Source of the DNA: Minisyncoccia bacterium
GTDB taxonomy: Bacteria; Patescibacteriota; Minisyncoccia; Phycocordibacterales; UBA918
Assembly: GCA_041742075.1 (NCBI GenBank)
Contig: JBGSJJ010000011.1
Span: 1 to 61,915, forward strand
Length of the DNA stretch: 61,915 nucleotides
Direction: 5' to 3'
Each line of letters opens with the position of its first letter. Positions within the stretch are counted from its first letter, which is position 1. Below are positions 53,208 through 61,915 of this stretch, one piece after another. The notes beneath the pieces are model-generated. The model saw nothing but the letters and a program-made list of their open reading frames with translations, was not told the origin of the DNA and ran no database searches. The position numbers and the translations under genes are program-made.

Positions 53208-54380
53208 ATGGATATTCAAGTCACACAATTCTTAAAGCAGGGTATCTCGACTGCTGAGCACTTTGGTTTTCGAAATATTGAGACTTTGAAGAAACATCCA
53301 GACTGCCTCGCCTGTCCTAAAAAACTTGAGCACACTGTCTCCGCTAACTCAAAAAAGACCGACGCCCTTCATGGCATCCTCGCCGGTGGTACCCAGCAGT
53401 TCTGTGACGCGAAGCTTCACGGTATTACTGAACCCGTCTTGTTTTACTCTATAGAACAAGTACCAAGAACCGGTGAGGCTGCACTTGCTCTTCATATCTA
53501 TAACGTCGAACGGAGTATTGCTGAAGCCATCCTCATCCAGACTATGCGCTCACTAACCCTTGACCTCGGTATTCAAGATCACACCGTTCGTATTAACTCC
53601 CTTGGTGACCGAGACTCATCAGTCCGCTATGTACGCGAGCTCACCAACTACCTGAAGAAGCGTATGGATGAGATGCCAGAAACTGCCCGTGAACTGATGA
53701 AGGAGCACGTCCTCTATGCCCTCATGCACCTCATCGAAAAAGAACACGACCTGGCCTACCGCTCACCGAACCCACTTGAATACTTAAGCGATGGTAGTCG
53801 AAAACACTTTAGAGAAATTATCGAGTTTTTGGACATGAGTGAAATTGCGTATGAAATTGATCCAAAGCTCATCGGTCACCACGAATGCTACAGTGACGCT
53901 CTGTTTGCTATTGACCTCTTAACCGAAGATGGGGCTCGAGACCTTGAAACACCACTCCAAATCCGTGGTGGTCGCTATAGCGAGTTTGTACAGAGAAACA
54001 CCAAGCGCATCATTCCAGCAGCGGGAGCAGTTGCTATCTTGAAAAACAAAAAGGCACCGGTTCGACTCCCCCGCTCGCCTGAGCATAAGCCAGCCGTCTA
54101 TGTGGTACAACTTGGCTTTGGACCAAAGGTGCGCACCCTGCAACTTATCGACACACTCAGAAAGGCAAACATTCAGGTCTTCCAGAACCTGGCGAGCGAC
54201 TCACTGTCGACTCAACTTCGCGCTGCGGAGGCGCTCGGAGTGAAATACACGATTATTATGGGTCAAAAGGAATACGTCGATAAAACAGTCATTCTGCGTG
54301 ACATGGCCGCCCGTAACCAAGAGCATGTTTCACTGAGCGAACTGCCGGGCAAGCTGAAGCGAATGGCGGTAGCCGTCTAA
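53208..54380 (+). CDS. histidyl-tRNA-synthetase-like protein with a divergent catalytic core
   Basis: HisRS-type RGGRYSEF (compare GGGRYD) and a class IIa anticodon-binding-like C-terminus (VYVVQLG...KYTIIMGQKE). I could not find the usual motif-2 fRyErPQ.GR.ReF. Confidence 0.6.
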   Translation: MDIQVTQFLKQGISTAEHFGFRNIETLKKHPDCLACPKKLEHTVSANSKKTDALHGILAGGTQQFCDAKLHGITEPVLFYSIEQVPRTGEAALALHIYNVERSIAEAILIQTMRSLTLDLGIQDHTVRINSLGDRDSSVRYVRELTNYLKKRMDEMPETARELMKEHVLYALMHLIEKEHDLAYRSPNPLEYLSDGSRKHFREIIEFLDMSEIAYEIDPKLIGHHECYSDALFAIDLLTEDGARDLETPLQIRGGRYSEFVQRNTKRIIPAAGAVAILKNKKAPVRLPRSPEHKPAVYVVQLGFGPKVRTLQLIDTLRKANIQVFQNLASDSLSTQLRAAEALGVKYTIIMGQKEYVDKTVILRDMAARNQEHVSLSELPGKLKRMAVAV

Positions 54381-54428
54381 GACTACCCTTGCAGTACAAC
54401 CTTGTCCGTGCTATTCTTGCGCCCACAT

Positions 54429-54674
54429 ATGGCAACAAACGTACAAGTTGAGAAAAACCAAAATGAGAGTAGTGCGAACGTAATCCGTCGCTTTACCAAG
54501 CGTATGCAAAACGCTGGTGTAATCCCACGAGTACGAAAAATCCGCTACCATGCCCGCGTGAAAAGTGAGAACGTTCGCCGAGGCGCTAAGCTCAAAAAAC
54601 TGGTCAAAAAGGTTGAGTACGAGAAACAACTCAAGCTCGGAAAAGTCCAAGAACGACAACCGAGACGACGTTAA
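54429..54674 (+). CDS. rpsU: 30S ribosomal protein S21
   Basis: MATNVQVEKNQNESSANVIRRFTKRMQNAGV...RYHARVKSE. The terminator AAACAAATCCATCCCC...GGGGATGGATTTGTTT follows. Confidence 0.85.
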   Translation: MATNVQVEKNQNESSANVIRRFTKRMQNAGVIPRVRKIRYHARVKSENVRRGAKLKKLVKKVEYEKQLKLGKVQERQPRRR

Positions 54675-54744
54675 GAGAAACAAATCCATCCCCAAACACT
54701 GTTTGGGGATGGATTTGTTTTGGATGCTATACTTTCCAGTATCT

Positions 54745-55125
54745 ATGCAAACATTTACCCAATCCAGTACCGTGACCGGGGTTCCGGTACTTCCCTTTGA
54801 AGCAATGAAGAACACTATCTTAGGTAAGCGCTATGAACTTACTCTGAACTTTGTCGGAAGCACGCGAGCTCGTACCTTAAACCAAACCTCTCGCGGTAAA
54901 GACTACGTGCCAAACGTACTCTCATTTCCACTCACTGAAGCCTGTGGCGAAATCTATATTTGTCCACAAAAAGCCAACCAAGAAGCTAAAAGCTTTGGCA
55001 TGACTCCAACCGGACACCTCGGCTACCTCTACGTCCACGGCTTACTTCACCTCAAAGGCCTCGACCACGGCGCGGAGATGGAAACCCTCGAAAAGAAGTA
55101 CTCAAAGCAGTTCAAGCTCAGCTAA
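54745..55125 (+). CDS. ybeY: rRNA maturation RNase YbeY
   Basis: Zinc motif HGLLHLKGLDHG. Confidence 0.88.
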   Translation: MQTFTQSSTVTGVPVLPFEAMKNTILGKRYELTLNFVGSTRARTLNQTSRGKDYVPNVLSFPLTEACGEIYICPQKANQEAKSFGMTPTGHLGYLYVHGLLHLKGLDHGAEMETLEKKYSKQFKLS

Positions 55126-55147
55126 GTCAGCGTGGTACTATACTGGT

Positions 55148-56317
55148 ATGAAGGAACGTATTATTACGGGTATTGACGTCGGCACGTACCACATCAAAGT
55201 GGTCGTGGTGAAAGTTCCTGGTGAAAAAGATACTCGTATTTTGCCTCAAATCATTGGCACGGGCTACGCGGAAAGTCGCGGTCTTCGAAATGGCTACATT
55301 GTAAATGGACCAGATGTCACGAGAGCTATCCGCACTGCGGTTGGACAGGCTGAAAAAGCGTCTGGTCTAGAAATTAAAAAAGCCTACGTCAGTATTGGTG
55401 GAGTAGGTATTGATGAAGTCACCTCTAAAGGTGAGGTAATTACCTCACGCGCCGACTCTGAGATTACCTCAATTGATATTGACAAAGCCACTGTCGACAG
55501 TGAGGAAAGAATCATTGAACACATCCCGAACCGCAAAGTCCTCCACGCCATCCCGCTTAGCTACGCGATTGATGGCGTACCAGTCCTCGGCAGACCAAAC
55601 GGTATGCGTGGCACGAAGCTCGAAGTCCAAACACTTTTCATCACCACGATTGAACAGCACCTCAATGAACTGGTGAACTCAATCGAAAGCGCCGGCATAG
55701 GGGTTGAAGACATTATGGCCTCACCGATTGCAGCGAGCTTCGTGATGCTCACCAAGGCCCAGAAGCGAGCTGGGTGTGTCCTCGCGAACATCGGAGCGGA
55801 AACCGTCTCAATCGCGGTATTTGAGAACGGTACCCCTATCTCAGTCAAAGTCTTCCCTATCGGTTCAAACGATGTCACGAACGACATTGCGCTTGGACTT
55901 AAGATTCCCCTTGAAGAAGCCGAGAAGATTAAGCGCGGTGCCATGACTGGTGTGGTCTACACGAAAAAAAAGCTCGATGAAATCATTGCCGCTCGCCTCA
56001 CCGATATCTTTGAACTGATTGACCTCCACCTTAAGCGCATAAGGCGTGATGGCATGCTTCCAGCCGGTATCATCATTACAGGTGGTGGTTCAGCGATTGC
56101 TTCGATTCAAGACATAGCCAAAGCCACCCTGCGCCTCCCGGCCCGTATAACGACCCTTGACCCTGGCCAAAACGGCAAGATTCGTGACGCTTCCTGGGCT
56201 GTCGCGTACGGCCTATGCATGTGGGGAGCGAGCGATGAAGTCGACGAATCCGCTATCGGCATGGCTAAGAAAACCAAGAACAACATTCTCTCTTGGCTTT
56301 CTCAATTTCTTCCTTAA
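55148..56317 (+). CDS. ftsA: cell division protein FtsA
   Basis: Actin-fold start ITGIDVGTYHIKVVV, GGGSA, and a position directly upstream of ftsZ. Confidence 0.92.
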   Translation: MKERIITGIDVGTYHIKVVVVKVPGEKDTRILPQIIGTGYAESRGLRNGYIVNGPDVTRAIRTAVGQAEKASGLEIKKAYVSIGGVGIDEVTSKGEVITSRADSEITSIDIDKATVDSEERIIEHIPNRKVLHAIPLSYAIDGVPVLGRPNGMRGTKLEVQTLFITTIEQHLNELVNSIESAGIGVEDIMASPIAASFVMLTKAQKRAGCVLANIGAETVSIAVFENGTPISVKVFPIGSNDVTNDIALGLKIPLEEAEKIKRGAMTGVVYTKKKLDEIIAARLTDIFELIDLHLKRIRRDGMLPAGIIITGGGSAIASIQDIAKATLRLPARITTLDPGQNGKIRDASWAVAYGLCMWGASDEVDESAIGMAKKTKNNILSWLSQFLP

Positions 56318-56490
56318 TTAAGACTAACGTACCTTCGTTAAAAACATAAACCACTGATTCGTCAATCACACGAAACCGAGTGATGTCAATATCGTGACAG
56401 ACCCGAAACACACGTGTATGATGTGCCTACTTACTAGTTTCCATACCTAGGGATGGGTTTGGAGGTAATTGTTTAACAGAAATATTTCGT

Positions 56491-57735
56491 ATGGAACAAA
56501 TTAAAACAGACGTTGAATCCTTTGCACGTATTCGTGTCATCGGTGTTGGAGGTTCAGGAAACAATGCAGTCAACCACATGGTCTCTTCAAAGATTAAGGG
56601 CGTTGAGTTTATTGCTATAAACAGTGACGCACAAGACCTACACCACTCACTCGCGAAGAAAAAGATTCACGTTGGCAAAAACCTCACTCGTGGTCTTGGT
56701 GCCGGCGGTAACCCAGACATGGGCCGCAGAGCAGCTGAAGAAACTCGTGAAGAGATTGCGAACTCACTCAAAGGCTCAGACATGATCTTCATCACTGGTG
56801 GTATGGGTGGTGGTACTGGTACTGGTGCTGCACCGGTCGTCGCTAAGATAGCGAGAGACAGTGGCGCCCTCACTGTGGGTGTTGTAACAAAGCCTTTCCT
56901 CTTTGAGGGTCAGGAACGAATGCGCCTCGCTCTCCAAGGTATTGAAGAACTGAAGAAAGAAGTAGACGCACTCATCACCATCCCAAATGATCGACTCCTC
57001 GCTATCGTGGACAAGGAAACAACTGTCCGTAGTGCCTTCGGCATGTGTGACGACATCTTGAAGCAAGCAGTTGAAGGTATTTCAGACCTCATCACGATGC
57101 CTGGTATCATCAACGTCGACTTCGCCGACATCAGAAGTGTCATGGAAAACGCTGGTTCAGCGCTCATGGGTATTGGTCTCTCAACTGGTGAGAAGCGAGC
57201 CGAAGAAGCAGCCCGCGCTGCCATCAATTCCCCACTCCTTGAAGTATCTATAACTGGAGCTAAGGGTGTCCTCTTCGCTATCGCTGGTGGAGATGACCTC
57301 GGTATGCTTGAAATCCAAGACGCTGCTCGGGTGATAACTGAAACCATCGACCCACACGCCAAGGTTATCTTTGGAGCAATCAAGGACGACAAACTTAAGA
57401 AGAATGAAATCAAGGTCACTGTCATCGCTACCGGCTTCCCTGAACCAGGCGGTGGCGGAAGTGGTCATAGCAATACGATTGTTCGTACTCCCCCTTCATT
57501 CCAAAGTCACGTGAGTGAACCAAAGGAAGAAGAAGACACTCGTGGAAGAATCTTCAACTCACTTTCAAACCCTCGCAAGAAGGAAGAAGAAGCCACTGAG
57601 GCACAAAATAAACCTCCTCTCTCTAAAATCTCTGACATCAAGCAGGAGTCAAAGCCTGTCGATGCCATCGACGAAGAGGATGATGATGATTGGGGCGCGG
57701 TTCCTGCATTTCTTCGTCGTTCAAAATTAAAATAA
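56491..57735 (+). CDS. ftsZ: cell division protein FtsZ
   Basis: [10 protein letters not shown], tubulin signature [15 protein letters not shown]-terminal peptide [12 protein letters not shown]. Confidence 0.97.
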   Translation: MEQIKTDVESFARIRVIGVGGSGNNAVNHMVSSKIKGVEFIAINSDAQDLHHSLAKKKIHVGKNLTRGLGAGGNPDMGRRAAEETREEIANSLKGSDMIFITGGMGGGTGTGAAPVVAKIARDSGALTVGVVTKPFLFEGQERMRLALQGIEELKKEVDALITIPNDRLLAIVDKETTVRSAFGMCDDILKQAVEGISDLITMPGIINVDFADIRSVMENAGSALMGIGLSTGEKRAEEAARAAINSPLLEVSITGAKGVLFAIAGGDDLGMLEIQDAARVITETIDPHAKVIFGAIKDDKLKKNEIKVTVIATGFPEPGGGGSGHSNTIVRTPPSFQSHVSEPKEEEDTRGRIFNSLSNPRKKEEEATEAQNKPPLSKISDIKQESKPVDAIDEEDDDDWGAVPAFLRRSKLK

Positions 57736-57763
57736 TTTTGAACGCGAAGATGCAGGAACCGCG
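57695..57763. repeat. Inverted repeat of about 30 bp formed by the last 11 codons and stop of ftsZ together with the sequence immediately downstream
   Basis: Left arm 57695-57728 is GCGCGGTTCCTGCATTTCTTCGTCGTTCAAAATT. Right arm 57734-57763 is AATTTTGAACGCGAAGATGCAGGAACCGCG. The reverse complements match except for 3 bulged nt. Confidence 0.8.
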
Positions 57764-57815
57764 AGCCGGAGCGATGTGAGGTGCTATTACTAATGCACCG
57801 AACCAGCGAGGCCGG
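57764..57815 (+). repeat. GC-rich module shared with the tRNA-Trp locus (20108-20145)
   Basis: AGCCGGAGCGATGTGAG...CGAACCAGCGAGGCCGGG versus AGCCGGAGCGGTGTGAG...CGAACCGCGAGGCGGGG. Confidence 0.65.
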
Positions 57816-58002
57816 GCAGGAGGTTCTTAACGAACGAAGTGAGTTTAGAAACCTGACGCCGGTGCCAGCCTATCGAATCCCTACCTTCCTTTGAAGTTAA
57901 AATGAATATACAAAACACCGCACCCTCCTCGGGTGCGTTGTTTTGTACTACTGCCTGCGGTACAATATCGTACCTATTAAATAACCCGTAGAGCAAAAAC
58001 GT

Positions 58003-58923
58003 ATGTACGAACTTATAATCATCGGAGGTGGACCAGCGGGTGTTTCAGCCGGAGTATACTCAGCCCGAAAGCAACTGAAAACACTTTTTGTCACTAAGGA
58101 ATGGGGTGGCCAGAGTACGGTTTCGCCTGACATTCAAAACTGGATTGGTACACCAAGTATTGATGGACTAAAGCTAGCGAGCGACCTCAAAGCTCACCTA
58201 CATGCCTACGCAGATGGATACCTCGATACCAAAGACAACACCATGGTCACTCGGATTGAAAAGACTGACACTGGCTTTACCGTCACGCTCGAAAGTGGTG
58301 AGGTACACGAAACAAAAGCGGTCCTTATCACCAGTGGCTCAAAACGCCGTCAGCTACCAGCCCCGGGAGCCGATGTGTTTGAACACAAAGGACTGACCTA
58401 CTGTGCTAGTTGTGACGGACCGCTTTTTGCCGGGCAAGATGTTGCGGTGATTGGTGGAGGAAACGCCGGTTTTGAAACCGCTGCTCAACTCCTCGCATAC
58501 ACCAAAAGCGTCACCTTACTCCAACACGGACCTGCCTATAAAGCTGACCCAGTAACAGTCGAGAAAGTACTTGCCCACCCAAACATGCGCGGTATTTTGA
58601 ACGCCGACGTTGCTGAAGTCCAAGGTGAGACGTTTGTAAACGGCCTTACCTACCGCGATCAAGAGAGTGCAATCATTAGCCTCCCTGTTACCGGTATCTT
58701 TGTAGAAATCGGTATGATGCCAAATACAGACTTCCTCGCAGGTGTAGTGCCACTTGATGACTACAAGCGAGTCGTCATTGACCCATGGACCCAAAAAACT
58801 GAAACACCAGGTATTTGGGCCGCTGGTGATTGTACCAACGTAAAATACCACCAAAACAACATTGCCGCCGGTGATGCGGTCCGCGCCCTTGAAGACATCT
58901 ACCTCACCCTCCGCGCTCGCTAA
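58003..58923 (+). CDS. trxB: thioredoxin-disulfide reductase
   Basis: IIIGGGPAGVSAGVY, redox-active CASCDG, GGGNAGFE. Confidence 0.92.
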   Translation: MYELIIIGGGPAGVSAGVYSARKQLKTLFVTKEWGGQSTVSPDIQNWIGTPSIDGLKLASDLKAHLHAYADGYLDTKDNTMVTRIEKTDTGFTVTLESGEVHETKAVLITSGSKRRQLPAPGADVFEHKGLTYCASCDGPLFAGQDVAVIGGGNAGFETAAQLLAYTKSVTLLQHGPAYKADPVTVEKVLAHPNMRGILNADVAEVQGETFVNGLTYRDQESAIISLPVTGIFVEIGMMPNTDFLAGVVPLDDYKRVVIDPWTQKTETPGIWAAGDCTNVKYHQNNIAAGDAVRALEDIYLTLRAR

Positions 58924-58928
58924 ACACA

Positions 58929-59537
58929 ATGAAATCAACTCCTACAAAAAAATATTACGACAAAAATGCTTTCTTGTGGATTAACAACAAAACCAACTCG
59001 TTTCATCACGAGGAGCAACTTACAAAACTGTTTTCTCTTTTACCCAAGAAGGCGAACGTCATCGATATTGGTTGCGCAGGTGGAATACTTGTTCCGGTGT
59101 TTCTTGGTATCGGTCGTCATCTTTCCTATGTTGGAATAGATATCAGCAACTCTTTTATCAAGGTAGCTGCGCGACGCTACCCGCAATTACATTTTTCACT
59201 TGGTGACATTACTGAGAAAAAATCACTCCCTAAGAAAAAGTTTGATGGCTTTGTAGCTGCCGCCGTCATAATGCACGCCTCAGAAAATGAAATCGACACT
59301 ACACTTGATAATATTGAGTCAATTGTTAAGCCTGGTGGTTTCGGTTTTATAACCCTACCCACCTCTCACCCCAGCGGACCAAAAGCAGATAGTGACCCGA
59401 GGCACTTCACGCTACTTTCTCCTGCCGAGCAAAGACAACTATTTAAAAAACATAACTGGACGATTATCTCAAGAGGCACGATAGACGGTACCTATGTAGA
59501 AAAGGCCTGGCAGTGGTACATTGTGGAGTTGCCATAG
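58929..59537 (+). CDS. class I SAM-dependent methyltransferase
   Basis: VIDIGCAGGIL motif I. The terminator ACACAAACGCGCCG...CGGCGCGTTTGTGT at 59567-59600 follows. Confidence 0.8.
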   Translation: MKSTPTKKYYDKNAFLWINNKTNSFHHEEQLTKLFSLLPKKANVIDIGCAGGILVPVFLGIGRHLSYVGIDISNSFIKVAARRYPQLHFSLGDITEKKSLPKKKFDGFVAAAVIMHASENEIDTTLDNIESIVKPGGFGFITLPTSHPSGPKADSDPRHFTLLSPAEQRQLFKKHNWTIISRGTIDGTYVEKAWQWYIVELP

Positions 59538-59980
59538 CTGAATACACAAAATCAAAATCCATATACACACAAACGCGCCGAGGTATCGGCGCGTTTGTGT
59601 ATTTGTACAACGTAGAGCTTTTTTTAAGTTTGCACGCCTTTGTTGCCTACCACAGCAACTAAGTATGTAATTCACCACCGTGCAAACCTAGTACTAAGGT
59701 TCTCATATCTAAATAATACGTCAACAAAATCAAAAAACGTTATTTTAAGCCACTACTGTGCATAACCTGTGGAGATGTCTGTTGAGAAGTCTGTCTATAA
59801 GTCGGTGCATATACCCCCTTATAGCGTGATTGACAAAAGTCAGCTAGTTCTAGACAATTTTGCCCATTTTTATAGTTGTAGATGATTCTTTTGTACGTGC
59901 ACTCTGCCCTAGCTTTTTTCAGCTTATTTGGTACTATATGGCGCACTGCTTACAGCAGACACTGATTTTAAGTCAGAGCC

Positions 59981-60052
59981 GGTCCCATCGTCTAGCGGCT
60001 AGGACACTTGGTTTTCATCCAAGAAACCGGAGTTCGATTCTCCGTGGGATCA
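59981..60052 (+). tRNA. tRNA-Glu (anticodon TTC)
   Basis: GGTCCCA-TC-GTCT-AGCGGCTA-GGAC-A-CTTGG-TTTTCAT-CCAAG-AAAC-CGGAG-TTCGATT-CTCCG-TGGGATC-A. Confidence 0.9.
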
Positions 60053-60789
60053 CAAACAGCAACAAATCGGTTCTCAAAGGCTTCAAATCCTTTTTTAACC
60101 TTGTATTGCAACACATCTTGAGCGACATAAAGTTCTGAAAAGATAACTCGAATGATTTTCTCCTTTTCGTTTGGTTTTGCGAAATCATAAACAAGTACAA
60201 CATCTTTTATGAGTTCTGAAAGTTTCTCTATATCTTTCATTGTCTCTCGCATAGCAACGTCAGATACATCTTCACCATCTTTGAGTGCAGATAATTCTGT
60301 TTCGAGCTTCTCTTCTTCAGCAACGTATTCCTCTGGCGTATACACTCCTGATTTCAAGAGAGGGATTTTATTTGTACGAAGGTAACCTAGGTCCTCACGT
60401 ATCTTTTTCTTCTTTCGTTCCATTTGGTCAAAACCTTTTTGACGCTTTTCTTCAAGTAGTGCGATCTCAGTACCAGCACGTGCATCCATTTCGGCAATTT
60501 CATCTTCAGTAAAATAAAGATTTGACAGTAACCCTTTCACTTCTTTATCAATAAAAGCAAAGTTAAAGTTTTTGAATGTATTCTCACAGCCACTAATACA
60601 ACGGGCATTGTAATATTGAATACCTTTCTTCGGATATGGCGTGTACACACGACTACAGTGAGCACACCGAATAATGCCTCGAAGTGGCAGGTCGAGCTTT
60701 TCGGTATAATGAATGCTCACTTTCTTTTTTTTGAGGACTGCCTGTACATCATCAAACAACTCTTGGGTCACCAATGGCTCGTGACTGAT
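59992..60789 (-). pseudogene. large serine recombinase, C-terminal part only (recombinase domain tail, zinc ribbon, coiled coil). The N-terminal catalytic domain was removed by the IS3 insertion.
   Basis: The reading frame is open up to the IS boundary (ISHEPLVTQELFDDVQ...). It contains CAHC...C..GC zinc-ribbon cysteines and a long charged coiled-coil. The 3' end reads into tRNA-Glu. Confidence 0.7.
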
Positions 60790-60852
60790 TGAAAGGTACC
60801 CCTTTCTTAAGACAACAATTCTAAGTATTATAACTAAGCAAATACAAAGAAT

Positions 60853-61128
60853 ATGGCAAAACAGGGCTACCGAATTTCAACCGAAATAAAAGAAGAAATC
60901 ATCAAAAAGATAAAGCACGAAGGTTTAAGTGTGATGGACGCCGCCAAACAATACGGCATCAGTGATAAAACCATCTATAACTGGCTTGGTACCAAAGCGC
61001 GGGGTACGGTGAGTATCCTTGAACACAACAAAGTGAAGAAAGAAAACGAGCAGTTAAAACAGATCATCGGTGACCTCACCATCAAAATGTCCATGGACGC
61101 AAAAAAAGGGCTCTCCAAGGTTTGGTAA
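60853..61128 (+). CDS. IS3-family transposase OrfA (HTH and leucine zipper)
   Basis: MAKQGYRISTEIKEEIIKKIKHEGLSVMDAAKQYGISDKTIYNW. Confidence 0.85.
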   Translation: MAKQGYRISTEIKEEIIKKIKHEGLSVMDAAKQYGISDKTIYNWLGTKARGTVSILEHNKVKKENEQLKQIIGDLTIKMSMDAKKGLSKVW

Positions 61129-61898
61129 TTGGTTTCTCAAGAACACACCAGTACTATCACCATAGACAGCCAGCCAAGGACTGGGCGACCAAGCAGCTCA
61201 TAGAGATGGCTCTGCGTGATCACCCCAGCTATGGCCACAAACGTCTGGCACTCCACCTCAAACTAAACAAGAAACGTATCCTGCGAGTGATGCAGCTATT
61301 CGGTATTAAACCATACCGCCGGATCACTCCTAAACTCTATAAAAAGCCTAAGGACAGCGTCTTTCCTAACCTTCTAATGACGGAAACACCCCTTGGTCCC
61401 GGTGATATCTATGCGAGTGATTTCACCTATCTGAAGTACTACGGACGCTGGGTGTATGTGGCCACAATACTTGATGTGTTCACGCGGGAGATTGTGGGTG
61501 TCTCGGTATTAACGACTCACCACACCCAGCTGGTATTAAACGCGCTTGGTGCAGCCGTACTCAATCGTCCACCGCCTCGGATCATCCACTCTGATCAAGG
61601 GAGTGAGTATACTTCAGCAGACTATACTAACTTGGTGCAGTCTCTCAAGATTAAGCAGTCTATGAGTGCGCCGGGGTGCCCTTGGGAGAATGGGTACCAG
61701 GAGTCCTTTTATAAAGGCTTCAAACTTGATCTAGGTGACCCTAATCGGTTTGAGACACTTGGTGAACTAGTGGCAGCGGTGTATCAAACGATTAATTACT
61801 ATAATCAAAAGCGGATACACTCAGCCCTGAAACTACCACCGCGGTTGTTTAAAGAGCAGTTTGAGGTATCATTAATGGACTTAGAAAAGGTGTCTTAA
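61101..61898 (+). CDS. IS3-family transposase OrfB (DDE/rve core), expressed by a -1 frameshift at A AAA AAA G (61101-61108)
   Basis: DFTYLKY...HSDQGSEYTS...ENGYQESFYKGFK (D, D, E spacing). The -1 frame from 61101 reads KKRALQGLVIGFSRTH. Confidence 0.85.
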   Translation, partial: KKRALQGLVIGFSRTHQYYHHRQPAKDWATKQLIEMALRDHPSYGHKRLALHLKLNKKRILRVMQLFGIKPYRRITPKLYKKPKDSVFPNLLMTETPLGPGDIYASDFTYLKYYGRWVYVATILDVFTREIVGVSVLTTHHTQLVLNALGAAVLNRPPPRIIHSDQGSEYTSADYTNLVQSLKIKQSMSAPGCPWENGYQESFYKGFKLDLGDPNRFETLGELVAAVYQTINYYNQKRIHSALKLPPRLFKEQFEVSLMDLEKVS

Positions 61899-61915
61899 TT
61901 TTGGGGTACCTTCCA

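Larger units (their letters stand above)
60790..61915 (+). mobile_element. complete IS3-family insertion sequence (about 1.13 kb)
   Basis: IRL is TGAAAGGTACCCC (60790-60802). The reverse complement of IRR is TGGAAGGTACCCC (61903-61915). It has the two-ORF organisation with an A7G slippery site. Confidence 0.85.

Noticed and set aside
59740-59946. 68-aa ORF upstream of tRNA-Glu.
   Set aside because: It has no ribosome-binding site and no motif, and it sits in the likely tRNA promoter region. It is probably non-coding.
1-61915. The two IS3 copies in the same orientation at the window edges, considered as the ends of a 62-kb composite transposon.
   Set aside because: The interval is full of essential single-copy housekeeping genes (gyrA, topA, ftsZ, serS, infB), and the two IS copies are different family members. 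The bracketing most likely just reflects where the window was cut.

Overview
The window is about 62 kb of a compact, gene-dense bacterial chromosome of moderate GC. Its content looks like Patescibacteria/CPR (short IF-2, a 4-domain S1, many small VirB2/TrbC-like two-TM proteins), but that taxonomic call is an inference. Housekeeping genes are dnaX, a Dus, an FtsQ-like gene, serS, dprA, topA, a Rel/SpoT homolog, parB, miaA, clpB, a NifS-like desulfurase, infB, rbfA, trhO, gyrA, rpsA, pth, lepB, a HisRS-like gene, rpsU, ybeY, ftsA, ftsZ and trxB. I read nine tRNA genes directly from the sequence: Gln-CTG, Leu-CAA, Trp-CCA, Tyr-GTA, Leu-TAA, Cys-GCA, Lys-CTT, Leu-TAG and Glu-TTC. No rRNA gene or CRISPR array was seen. 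IS3-family elements sit at both window edges; one truncates an FNR-like gene and the other truncates a large serine recombinase next to tRNA-Glu. The most unusual signal is a family of small structured repeats just downstream of six of the nine tRNAs, with a remnant at a seventh. Each has a conserved core of about 60-75 nt (invariant GTACTG and a TGTAA-capped hairpin) enclosed by an antisense copy and a sense copy of that particular tRNA's T-loop, T-stem and acceptor 3' strand. Helices covary between copies. Two copies share a 44-nt identical core although they are matched to different tRNAs. A second module type (type 2) is nested inside the duplicated tails. Several copies abut outward TTGACA promoters that drive small, visibly GC-richer accessory ORFs, so the tRNA-Tyr and tRNA-Gln loci look like tRNA-anchored cassette arrays. 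Other notable content is a tandem array of six pilin-like paralogs, two pilin-anchored cell-wall hydrolase fusions, GC-rich promoter-ORF-terminator islands, and a roughly 30-bp inverted repeat that includes the ftsZ 3' coding end. All functional calls come from motif reading of the supplied translations. No database search was run.
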